This document shows, one piece after another, positions 25,871 through 38,583 of a stretch of DNA of 64,000 nt (position 1 is the stretch's first letter; each line of letters opens with the position of its first letter). The notes beneath the pieces are model-generated. The model ran no database searches, was not told where the DNA came from, and saw nothing but the letters and a program-made list of their open reading frames with translations. The translations under genes were made by a program, and so were the position numbers. Source of the DNA: Blasia pusilla (taxonomy: Eukaryota); the NCBI GenBank assembly GCA_050084515.1, contig CM114271.1, positions 29,450,001 to 29,514,000 of the forward strand, in the 5' to 3' direction.

Positions 25871-28800
25871 ATGGAATTCATTATTGAGCCAAGATGTCAT
25901 GGTTTTGGATGTGTTTGGAATGTTTCAGTTCACAGTTTGCGGGAATTCACTTCCAATCCCCTTAGAATGGATTTGAACCACCCAGTTAGAGTAAAGGCAC
26001 ACGATTCCAAGTTGTGGCAGCGGGAAAGCACACGAGCTAGTGTACTGGGCTGTAAAAGATTGCGATGTCCGTGCAATGACTGTAAGGGTGGGTCTACGTT
26101 GTATATTGGCAAGGTAGAAGCACATTTAAGAAAACATGGACGCTCGGCACTTTGTCGAGTGCCGAATTCTAGGGATGGATGGGACTCTTCACATGAGGAG
26201 TGGCTTATGCATGATCTTGCTGAGAAAAGAAGCCAAGAGGATAAGACAATGGAGTCAGCCCCCACCTTCCATGTGGATGGAAGGGAGAGATCTTCCATGG
26301 CAGATATAGACAAGCACATTGACGTTCATAAAATGCTCAATGATATTTTCCAGAAATACGACCATACACACGAGGATGAAACTGAAGAGATGTCTCTCCC
26401 ATCTGATGAATTACCAGAACCGGGAATGTCAAACGGAGAACCACTATTCAATCATGGAGATGAATATGAGGAGCTTGCTGAAGCTTGCAAACCATTGTTC
26501 CCTCTAGCAAAAACATCAGTTTTGGCTTTCGTCATATTACTATTCAATATTCAAACCACCCATGGCATCCCAAATGTAGCTATTGACAAAGTTTTGAAAC
26601 TCCTTTGTAAGTTGGTCCTACAAACAGGGAACTTGGCGCCACCAAGTTATTATGTAGCAAAGAAACTCATTGGTGAACTAGGCTTAGGTTACAACAGTAT
26701 CCATGTGTGTCCGGCTGGATGTGTTTTATTCCAGGGTGATTTGGCTGAAGCTGAGATCTTTCCATTATGTGGGAAACCAAGGTTCCGGAAAGTGGGTAGA
26801 AAGTTGGTACCATGTAAGGCACTAAGGCATTTTCTTGTCATACCTCGGATGAGACATATGTTTAGATGCAGGACGTTGTCTGAATTATTAATCTGGGCCC
26901 CCTTGAATCAGAGCAAGGATGGCTTAGTAAGGCATACAGCTGATTGCAAGGCATGGCGCCACATGGACAACTTATATCCAAACTTTGCCGAGGAGAAGAG
27001 GAATTGCACGTTTGGGCTAGCTTTGGACGGAGTGAATCCATTTTCAGACAAGTCGAGTTCGTGGTCAACATGGCCCATGCTTCTTGTTAATTATAACTTG
27101 CCTCCCTGGCTCCAGAAAAAAAATTTCTTTGTGATGCTCTCTTTGATCATACCAGGAAAGGAGAGTGTAAATGGAGAAAACATAGACACATACTTGGTTC
27201 CTCTAGTAGAAGAGTTCCAGGAAATGTGGAAAGGGGTTCAATTTCATGACATTCACAAGGTAGGCGGAAGTTGGAACTTCATGTTCAGGGCTACCTTACT
27301 ATGGACGATAAATGATTACTTGGCATACGAAATTGTAGCTGGGCAGAGCCACGGTGGAAAACTAGGATATACTATATGCAGGCCTCAAGTGGATTTTTAT
27401 TTTTCAAAGTCTTGTGGCAAGCCCATATACGGTTGTCATTGTCGATATCTCCTATTGAGCCATCCATGGAGGACCCGTAGGTATGGATCTCATTTCAAAT
27501 GGGGTGCAGAACTTAGACCACGCGTGCCTAAACTACTTTTCGAAGAGGTTATTGGATGGGAAAATTAAAAACATACATATGATCAGAGTGGGGGTCGAGA
27601 AGGCGGCCCTACTGATCCCTATAAGAGAACTGGGGTGAAAAGGCTGAGTATACTATATTCGTTGCCTTACTGGCCAGTATCTTGCTTCCTCCTAAACCAG
27701 TTTCCTATTATTATCTATCTCCCCATGACTTGAACACTTCCCTTTTGAGGATTCAGAACTTGAAGGTGGCATCTGGATATTGTGGAGAACTCTCCAAGCA
27801 TGTGGTTAATCGAAAATTAGGCGATATGAAATCACATGATTATCATGTCTTCATTCAGCAAGTCCTTCCTTATTGCATTTGTGATCTTCTGAAGGACCAT
27901 GTGAGAATGGTGGTTATTAGATTATCCGGAATTTTTAGAATGGTGTGTACAAAGGTATATGATCCAGCTTTATTCGACAAACTCTTGGAAGAGAATGCCA
28001 TAACCCTTTGTCTCTTTGAAATGCCTTTCCCTCCATCTTTCTTCGACCTAATGACAAAATTTTTGATTCATGTTGTAGAAGAATTGGACATGTGTGGGCC
28101 AATAGCATGTCGGTGATTGTATCCAATGGAGCGGTATATGGGGTACATGAAGAAATATGTATGGTCTAAAGCTAGGCTAGAGGGGTGTATGGTAGAAGGG
28201 TATGTGAAGGATGAGGCATTAGGGTTTGTGACAGAGTATATGAAAGGGTTTGAAGACGTGCGGACGTGAGTGTGGGATGATGGGGAGGCAGAGGGGGTCG
28301 TTGGTGTGGAGCTAGAAGGTGCGGGCACTCCGGTTTGACTTTTGCAAGAAAGGATCAACTTAGCACATCATTATGTGTTGCATAATACAGAGGTCATGGT
28401 TGATTGGCAAAGGTAAAACTCTCCAATATATGCTTTTCAGGGTTATAGTTTTGTTAATTACGGTTCGGACTCTCAAAGTGTATATTATTTTGGTATTGAC
28501 ACATTAACTACAAAAGAATGTACTTATACCATTAATATTGTTATTGAACAGGAAATATCAGTCATGTTCGAGAGACATTCCTTTTGAAAAGTGGATTCGC
28601 CTTGCCATTACACAGGATGCAATTGACAACTCAAATGATCTTGATGCTCACCTACTATCATTAGCTATACCTCCTAATAGTGGGGCATTGTCATTCAAGA
28701 GTATGAAATCCTATGGAAACCACTACATGGTAGAAGGGCCAAGTGGTGTGACACCCTTCTCCACTTATGATAGGTGCAGTGTTTGTTGATGAAAAAAGTT

Positions 28801-29339
28801 CCAACCAGAATTGTTTATACTCGTATGTTGGGGTGTTGGTTGATATTCTCTTACTTGATTATGGGATTGTAGAACAACCCAAAATACTAATGCAAGGGCT
28901 GTGGGTTAAAGCAGATTGGGATTCGAGAGTAGGGTCCATGAAATTGGATAAGGAGGGTTTTCTGTTGGCCAACTTGAGGTCATGCAAGCCATTAGATCAC
29001 CAGCCATTTGTTTTCCCATCACAAGTGCAACAAGTGTTTTATGGAGATGCCGATGAGGGTGGAGGATAGAAAGTGGTAATGAGGAAGGAAGCTAGAGCTC
29101 GGAGAGTTTATTTTGATGACTTAGAGTCACTAGATGGAGCTTGTAATTCTTTTCCCACCTTCCATGGCACATGCATGGAACAAGGGAATCTACCAGATGC
29201 AAGTACCTTAGGAGCTAGAGCCCTAAGTGATGTAGAAATGGAAGTTGCTAGAATGGATGTGCAGCATGTGCCAATAATCTATAAATGCGATATGATAGAA
29301 GACGTTGATTTAGACTCTAATAACTCAGAATCAGATTAG
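25871..29339 (+). pseudogene. CACTA TnpD-type transposase (Transposase_21, DUF4218- and DUF4216-like regions)
   Basis: LRCPCNDC; IHVCPAGCVLF; LALDGVNPF...STWPMLLVNYNLPPW; MKSHDYHVFIQQVLP; FPPSFFD...HVVEE...GP; YPMERYMG; PFVFPSQVQQVFY. Probable intron 28413-28550. Stops and frameshifts present. Confidence 0.92.
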
Positions 29340-29532
29340 ATTAATTCATAGTTGTATCTTTGGTACTCACCATTGTGTTTTTTTTGGTATGATTCAAATA
29401 ATTAACTTTTTTACGAGGATGTAAGTGAATTCTGGTGTTGTTGGGCATAATGGATGAAATTATGTGGCAACAAGTAGAACTCTCAAATTTCCGTCAAGTT
29501 AGGTGTTATTCTTGCTAACTTGTCGTCTACAG

Positions 29533-32500
29533 AGAGAGGGAGGCGCTTGGAACGGTGCACTTGATATGATGGATGAGAACATGGAATCCAATCAGAGTTC
29601 ATCCTATGATGGTGTAGATAATTTTCAACAAAGTCCTTATCCATAGGAAGAAGAAAGGAATCGTAGAGTGAGAGAGAGAAAGGCCAAAGAAGCGGAGTTG
29701 TTTGGTGGGTTGAAGAATTGGTAAGTATGATCTTGGATAACCTTTATCTTTTGCTTTATTTGGTCAAGTGTATCATGTTCATGTAGTGGTTGTATATTAG
29801 GAAATATGACAGAATTTGTGTGATCATATTTTGAAGGTTTGTTGCTCCAAGGGTTGTGAAGGAGCGCAAGCCTTTGCCATTTTGGAATCCTTCTCTTCCA
29901 TAAAGACGTAGCTTACGGTTGGAGGAGAAGGCCACTAACCAAAGTGTAATCCCTGAGGAGACTCGAAAAGATTGTTCAGATAGTGATTCCAAAGACCCCT
30001 ATTATAATCCACTCCTTGAGATGGACTTCTTGGGGGCTGAAGAGGATGACGACTTGTGGCTGGAGGATGGGAGAGTACTTTCTCTTCACATCTTGTTGTT
30101 TTGTTACTCTCTTCAGATTTCAGAATTATTAATACTGTGTTAACTCACAATGAGATGTGTGTTTTGAATAGCCTCAAGCAAAGGAGCGTCCAGTCAAACC
30201 ATCCAAACAGGGAAGTGTACGAAATTCCACCGATACAAATGATTCGGTAATGTAATTGTAGACATGGAGGAATATTCAACTATCTCTATATGTATGATTG
30301 GTATGTAATAAACTGAGTGGTAGAAACATGTCATTATGAATTCACTAATCTTTATTCATCAAATGCTCTCTAGTTTAGTTTACTAACAAATTTACTTACA
30401 TGTGCAGCCCATGTACGGAACTCCATCACAACCCATAATGCCTTCGCAAGCATATCCCCATGGGCACAAAGCCAAATGCCATGGTGGGTACCTATGATGA
30501 TGCAATCACCGATGGGTTATGGAAGTCAATTTCAGCCACCATGGACCAATGGAGCTCAATCATCCATGACCATCCCATCCCCGTGGGTTAGGAGGCTTAC
30601 TTTTCTGCCCTGTCTTGTTTTGCACACGGGAATTCAATTAATTGGAAGTCTAACTAGCTAAGTGTATTTATTTTGTGTACACAAGGGAGATGGGCCATCC
30701 CAACCGCCGCCCCCAACACCGTTGGCACCTCTATTGACCAGTGGGAATACGGACTACCAATTATACCGTAGTAGGTCTCAATCTTGCGCAACACCAAGCC
30801 CATCAGTAAATTTGACCCCACAAGCAGGTGCATCTACAGGTAACTTCTCACTTGGTTATGAGTTTGCAAATTTATATTGAATAGGTTGTTGTATTCTTGC
30901 ACGCGATGACGTCAATTATAGAGTGATGAAAATGTGGTACTTTCCATACCTATGTTCATGTGGCTACTCAATTCTTAAATCTATGTTTTGGAAGTTATTA
31001 AAAATGATATGATATGATACGATACCGAATTCATGCCTAGAGAAATTGACTTTATAGTTTACATATTTCTAGATCATCTGATTTTTTATAGATGATGTGG
31101 TTTTTTTCAAAATTCTCAAAGTTTATCGATTATAGTTAGGGTAGAGTTCACCACACTTATGCTATTTGCTGATATATACTCCTCGATTGTTCATGATACA
31201 TATGACTTTTGAGAATTGACATAATGGTTCTTAGTTTCATGATTCTTGTTAAAGTGTTTGCTGAATTTTGAATGGTCTCTTTGATTTATGGCTATGTGGT
31301 AGTCTCCACATTCATATTGATTTGGCTATTGTATTCTAGAACCTAAGTTTCTAACCTTTAGAAATGATATGATGGTAGAATGAATCCACATTTGCTAGGC
31401 TTAATGGGAGAGTACAATTGTTCTAAATTACATGGTTGGTTGGATTATGAAAGGTGTGAAAGTGTTACTAGTATAAGTTGGTCTTATAGTTAATATAGTT
31501 TAACATAATTATGATTTGGTGAGTTTATAATTGTCGGCCCTATATTTTTTAATTCGGAGAATTGGGATGTTAGTATATTTGTAGGAGAACGGCAAAGTCA
31601 CACAAAGCGTGATTTGTGGACTCGTGATGTCTCCATTAGGAAGGAGCATAACTTAAAACCTAGATGTGAGCTCATGCCAAATGGTATTCCGTTGCTTAGA
31701 GTTCAAGGTTATGAGCCTTGGCTAAATGAATTGAAGGTATTGGTGATGAGGTACTTGGACTTATTATGCATTGAGATAAGTAAACAAAATTCTATCAACA
31801 TGGTTGTTGTTCAGGATCACATCCTTGAGGCATACACATATGTGGGTGCATCATCTCTTTCGCTTGATTTCATGAAGAAACAAATAGCACAACTATTGAA
31901 AACTGAGCGATCCAATATCAAGAACTATTGGACATTACATGGGGCTCATTGCACAGTCACGTGTCACCCTGATACCGATGAGGAGTCATGGAATCGATTA
32001 GTATATTATTGGCTCTCCGAGGAGGGCAAAATGAAGGCTGAAAAGATGGCTCGAGCAAAGGCCAAGGTCCAGACTTTAAATTTCTCCGACCGTGCAGGTT
32101 TAGATGGACTTGATGTAAGTTATCTTGGCATTCCCTAGTTTTCTTGCTAAAGTTACATAATGGTAGAAAACTTCCATTATTGCTTCATTTCCATATTTGC
32201 ATTGAACTCTTTCACATGCATGAATTTCATAATCTATGTATTTAAGGAGCATGTGCAGGTGCAACAATGTACCTCAAAGGAGTCCTTAGGCATGGGACTA
32301 GAATCTATGGAGAGAGATGAGTTGCCTAAATAACCACGTTTCACACAATTGAGTTCATCAGTAAATGTAAATGCATAACTCTTTTCTTACCCGTTGGCTT
32401 GACATGGCTTGTATTATGACCTTCATTTGATTGGGTCATGGAGTTAATATCATGGTTTTATCTGATTGTATAATTGCAAAACCATTGTTTTTTTGTACCT

Positions 32501-33381
32501 AATTGATTGTTGGATTATATATGCAGAGTGTGGAATCCATAGTCACTATTCAATTGGAAGAAGTGGAAAAGAAGTGGAGCGCAGATTTGGATGATGTGAA
32601 GTTGCAGATGGAACGGCAGAACAAAGCATAAAGTGTACTCATGGAAATGGTGTCCAAGCTTACTTCAAAGGATGTGTCTTTAACACCATACCATATTTCT
32701 AGTTCCCCGCCATCCAATTCTCAACCATATGCAACAAGGGATGAGAAGCTCACATCAAGTAGCCCATTCTCATTCTTCTGCCCTCGATTTTCAATGGTTA
32801 TAACTACTTGTCCTTTCCAGCATGAATATTTCAGAACTGACTTTCTTTGTTTTGAGTAACTTACAATCATTGCTGAACCTATACCAACGTTTGGAGCCGG
32901 ACAATTAGGGAAGAGGAAGATCTCCAAACAAAAAGAGGCCATGGCAACTATACAATCTGGTGGTAAGGAGTGAGTTTAGCTTCACTAGATGTAGGGTCTT
33001 CTAATATAATTACTTGTTGAAGTGAAGAATCTGGTTTTACAATTCATTTCTCAATACTTGGGTTATTTATAGAAGTGCCAGAACGGAGCAACAAAAGGAG
33101 AAGTTCCACAGAAAGTGCAGATGGTAATACTCGAATCACTCGTAAGTATGTCATCCTTCGCATCATGAATTTTTCTTTGGTGTATTTTTCAACCTATCCA
33201 CAAAAAAATACTCATTTCTTCCTACAATGTTCAATGGACTTTGGCGTGCATAATGTGTAGAAATCCTGAGTATGGACAACCAAGCCAAATCATCACTAGG
33301 CAAAAGTCTAGGCTACAGTCTGATGGTTTGAATGAGCAGGAAAGTGAAATCAGATCACGCTCGTCTAAGAAAATAACTAAG
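29533..33381 (+). pseudogene. CACTA ORF2 (TnpA/Ptta-like), multi-exon, 5' part
   Basis: Exon 31585-32114 encodes WNRLVYYWLSEEGKMKAEKMARAKAKV, typical of plant Ptta/EnSpm ORF2; many short GT-AG introns; directly downstream of TnpD. Confidence 0.65.
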
Positions 33382-34328
33382 GTAATTTGTCTCATCTATA
33401 ATGGCATCTTCTATTCAAGGGTCACCAAATACACACACAAACATGCACGATCCCATGCTAACTCATGGCGTCCAAACAACGAGACAAGAAGTACCAAAAT
33501 ATCTCCAATAAAATAAAATCCAATCTCTCTCACAACACCATAGTTCTCACATGTGTGCACTCTCACATGTCTCTCTCAATATCAAACCAAACCTACTCTC
33601 CTAATGAGAAGCTTGGGTTACACACACAAGGCAAGCAAGACCATAGCTCCGCCGCCTCATGCCAAGAGGTTCAACAAAGAGAAAATGAGCTCTCAAGCTC
33701 TCTCTCCTTGAGGTATACCCTCTCCCAAGCTCTCTCCATGATAACCTATGCTTCCAAGTCACCTCCTTGGCTCTTGACCTAATGTAGGAGATCAAGGGAT
33801 ACTTAAAAAAAATAGAAAGTCGATCATATACTCAAAATGGTACTTACCTAAAATAGTAAGTTCCTCAATATGGCTCCAAACGAGCCGAAACGAAGGGGAA
33901 ACGTGCTCTCTCAGGTTTCTCGGGGCCTCATCAAGGCATTCTTGACCTATTGAGCATGTCCTCCACTACTCATGAAGGCGCTCTACTAGATCTCACCGAT
34001 CTATCCTAAAAGACGTGACAGTTATTGCGCGCATACACATCGCTACACAACATACATCGTTGTCACCGAACACACACACAAACACGCACGATCCCATGCT
34101 AACTCATGGCATCCAAATAACGAGACAAGAAGTACCAAAATATCCAATCGCCCCCCTAGTTGGTGATTAGGTCCCTCTAACTCTGGATAGCCATCTATCC
34201 CTACCTACCATGATATACATCTCTCAGACGCTAAGAGCAAGAAGGTCAGGTGCTCATGTGGCCCCATCGTTAATCACCTTCTTGTCATCCATATCACAGA
34301 CATAAGTTAGAATTTATAACAACATACT

Positions 34329-34469
34329 CTATGTACATTTGGGACACATCCATCGTCCCTGAGGAACCCTAGTGAGAGGTGGCGTCAAACATGCCATATG
34401 CCATCCTCTTGAACACCCATCACAGACTTGCATAGTGGCTGCACCACGGGTGGAACCACACAACATACA
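34329..34469 (-). pseudogene. Intact C4HC3 PHD finger at the integrase C-terminus, copy 2
   Basis: CMLCGSTRGAATMQVCDGCSRGWHMACLTPPLTRVPQGRWMCPKC. Confidence 0.92.
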
Positions 34470-37400
34470 CCGCAATCCTGTAGGAACTACTACTAAGCTC
34501 AGATCAATTGTACCGTCAATGTTTGGAAGATGACATGGCGCACAGTTACGCACATGGTCCTTCCAAACCATACCATCGTGTCCCTCCAATAAGAGAACAC
34601 CCGATGGCAAAACCTCACGCACTCTCAAGATGGTGCGCCCTACAGTCACATCCAACGTCATGGGTGTCGTCTACTGCAAGTAGACATAGTCTCACTGATG
34701 AAACTTCTAGATAGTAGGTTGATAACCATCTCCCCGAATAGTCGCATACCTCAATATATCTCGATATTGCGCAATCGCCAAGTTCTCAAATGCCATGGGC
34801 ATCATTCTCTGAAACAACTTAGCCTTCTGAGAACATGCTCGCATCCATACATCAAGATCATCAAGGTTCAACACCTCACCAACATCTCGACAAATGGCCG
34901 TAGGTAAATCTGGCTCTCGGCCATAAAGCAACAAGTACGATAAGAAAGATGTTGAGGATGCCTGCTTGCTGAATCTGTATCTCATTGCCAACCAAGGCAA
35001 CTAAAGGTCCCAATCTCCTAGGTGATCTCTCTGGAAGCCATACTTGCATAGTCCTCTCTTCATCGTCTGCACAACCGGCTCTTCTAGTCCATCCGCCTCA
35101 GGATGATCTCGCGCAGTAGTGCGGTGGTCGATCAGTGCCTGATCACACAAGGCCTGAAACTCCCGCGGAACTCTGTACCCTGGTCTATCAACACCTCAGC
35201 TAGTGCGCCGTAATCACTCAACACTCAATCTAGGAAGGCATACGCTACTCCCTCATTCACTTTGTCATGCAATGCAACCAACTCTATCCACTTCGAGAAG
35301 TGCTTGACCATCACCAACACATAACGACTATGGCGCTCCGTCAAAGGCAAAGTTCCTACAAAATCCAAACTCCATCTATAACCTAAACCCATGATCAAAA
35401 GTGGATGCAACTGTGGAGTCAGAGCATTGAACGATGCTCGGACTCAATCACACGTTATGCATCAGGCAATAAATTGCTGAACGTCAGTCTGCATGCCTCG
35501 CCACCAATACTGAATCTTGAGCAAGTTGTACGTCCGCTTCACTCCAAAATGACCCAACTCCTCATGGGCATGACGCACCAAACGTGCTCTCTGCAAAGGA
35601 TAGGGCACTACACGCACTCTACCATCCTCCCACACTCGCAACACATATGTGCCATCCCACCGGAACCATCTGGCTCGTTGTAGGATTCGATCTCGCTCCT
35701 TACAAGCTTCTAGATCTAAGAACTCTCCATTAGACCTCACCATCAAAGTCTCAGCAATCTGGCTCTCCATAGCCAACAAGCCCAAATAGGCTGATGCATG
35801 CCATCTTGGCACCAACTCCTCATCACTCTCACCATGCCAATGAGCTCCAGTCGCATCTCGCTAACTTGGGCATGGATTATAGCTCAAACCATCTGCATCC
35901 TGGTTGAGCATCCCAGGTCTATGCACCACTTAGAAGTCATACTCTTGCAACAAAAGAGCCCACCTCGCAAGCTTCCCTGTAAGCTTTTCGGACTCCATCA
36001 ACCACTTAAGTGGCTGATGATCAGTAATGATGGTAAAGGGATTGCCGAATAGATAATATCTGAAATGTGCGACAGTCCACATTGCAGCGAAGCATTCACC
36101 CTCATACGAGCTATACTTTGCCTCTGCAGCATTGTTCAAGCGACTAGCGTAAGCCACCATGAACTTTCTACCATCATCGTCATGTTGGGTAAGCACGTCT
36201 CCAAGCCCCAACATGCTCCAATTGGTATGCAACTAGAAAGGACACCCCATGATCGGTCTCCTTAATATGGGCACGGACGTCAATCTATCTATGAGCATCT
36301 AAAATGCTCTCTCTTGCTCATCCTCCCAGTGTCATTCTTGATCCACCTTGGTCATCAAGGTTAGCGGCTTCCCAATCAAACTGAAACCCTTGACGTACCG
36401 TCGATATAAGTTTGCCAATCCCATGAATGCACGAACTCGACTCACATCTGTAGGGCGTGGAATGCGTGAAATAGCCTCTACCTTTGTTAGTTGCACACCC
36501 ACGCCCCCGTGGTATATTGTATGACCCAAGTACTCAATCTGGTCATAGAAGAACTTGCACTTGCCAGGATGGAGCATCATCCCATGTAACTTCAATTGTT
36601 GAAACACCTCCTCTAGATGTCGCTCATGCTCCTCAACCGTGGCGCTAAAGACTACGATGTCATCAATATAACACCTAGCAAAATCCAGACTTGCCAAGAT
36701 CCTATCCATGACCCTCTGAAACTCAGCCGAGGCATTCTTTAACCTGAATGGTAAGAACCGCCACTGGTACAAACAATCCTTCCCATGAGGATCGATGCCC
36801 CAAAATGTCATCTTCTACGTGTCCTCCAATCTGATAGGCAGCTGATGGTATCCGGCTTGCAAATCCAATGAACTGAAGACCTTTGCATGCCCAATTGCAT
36901 CAAAGATCTCCTCAGGGGTGGGCATGGCATACCCATCGAACTTTGTGTATCGATTGATAGGTCGGTAATCTCCACACATCCGCCTATCCGTCTAGTTGCC
37001 ATGCACATCCTTCTTGGCGGGCATGACAGTGGCAAATGCATACTCTCCATGCAAAATCTCCACTAGTCCTGCTCCAACCAAGTCTTGGCTCCTAATCTGA
37101 ATCAGAGCCCTCTCCATGTCACTATACCTGTAGGATTTTCAGGAGATCGGCGTATCACTCGACAACTCAATGCGGATCCCTGGACCCTTCATCATACCCA
37201 AATCATGCATACTAAATGCAAAACAACTCCTATAACTCCTAAGGAACTGGTGTATCCGATGCCGCTCTCCTCCTATCAACTTAGGGCCCATATCTGGCTC
37301 CCAAGTCTCCATCGTGACTACGGTAGGACTCTCCGACGCGGATGTCGGTGGTTGCTGTGGTGCAACCCCATCTCGGACAATAGAACCCTCATCTCCACGT

Positions 37401-37589
37401 GCAGTACCTGGAACCACGCTCGATGTTGTCGCTATCATCTCCTGGGGTACCTGCAAAACATCCCACGAAGTCCAAGAGTATCTCTCTCGATCGCCGCTTG
37501 TGTGTCGATCTCCTCGGGTCTCGCCCCCAGCCACTGCCTCAACCGTCTCAGTAGGCATCGAGCTCACCAACGTTCTTTTGTGATTAGTC

Positions 37590-38583
37590 GCATCCTCAAA
37601 CGACGTTGCTCACCTACTCCTAAGCTAAAAATCCATGTCAAAAAGTTTAGGTCCATCGCCTGACCCAAGACATGACGTCGTGATGCCTCCGATAGTGATG
37701 GTAGTGCCGTCACTCCTATGGGGAATCCCATCGCTCCCTCTCGCTCATCGGCGTTGGGCTCCACCAACCCCTGTACCTGGTCATCCCAAACCAAGCCAGG
37801 TTTGGCCTCCTTGAATGCATAGGAAGCTAGAAAAACTCACCAATGTGGGAAAGGTTGCTCATGGCATGCCAATCCTATTGACCATGGTCAACGGCGGTCG
37901 ATCATCGTGCCACATTGCTTGTGATCGACGGCCCGGATCCAATATAGAAACCACCAATAAATCGGAGGGACGCTCCACTCTCGCATAAGCCCTCCATAAA
38001 ACCTCATGTGGTATGAAGTTGTTCCACCAAAGAAGCGGGCGGTGTGCTCTAGAACCTACACTCGCAGCATCTAAAAATACTACCATGCGCGCACTTGATG
38101 TGCACTCGTCATCCTACGGGACCTCGAATCGCCCAAAATCAGCACATTGTCCAAAATGTATGTTGGAGAATGAGGTCGATGCTCATGTAAATGTCGCAAG
38201 ATCCGCATCATCTCCCAAAATAACCTAGACCGAGTGTTAGCTAACCCGCTACCTTGTCCAGCACTCGATTGGCCCTGGCGCGGCCAACCAGAAATGGCCA
38301 AGTCTATGGTCCCTACCCGCTCCAAGTCCTGCGCCCCCAACAATGAAATGTCCCTTGGTAGGGAACTTTGGTAACCCTCAATGGTGGATGCAAACAACAA
38401 GTTAAGAAAACATAGGCGGAATAGCACCACATGGTGAAGTGAAGCACACCTTGTAATATCATCAATCTCCACATATAGGTACTGCTGCACGCGCACTCTA
38501 GCGTGCAAAACAGCAGCTAACCTAGTATTGATCCCTCCAAAGAGATCCAACACCCGAATACCCTCCTCTGAGATGCACCACAC
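37590..38583 (-). pseudogene. DNMT3-like C5 cytosine methyltransferase domain inside pol, copy 2 (all motif regions present, frameshifted)
   Basis: IRVLDLFGGINT (I), YLYVEID (II), PRDI (III), DLAISGWPRQG (IV, C>R), SRLFWEMMR, YILDNV (VI), FLDAASVGSRAHRPLLWWNN (VIII), EREGAMGFPIGVT...SEASRRHVLGQAMD (IX/X). Confidence 0.92.
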
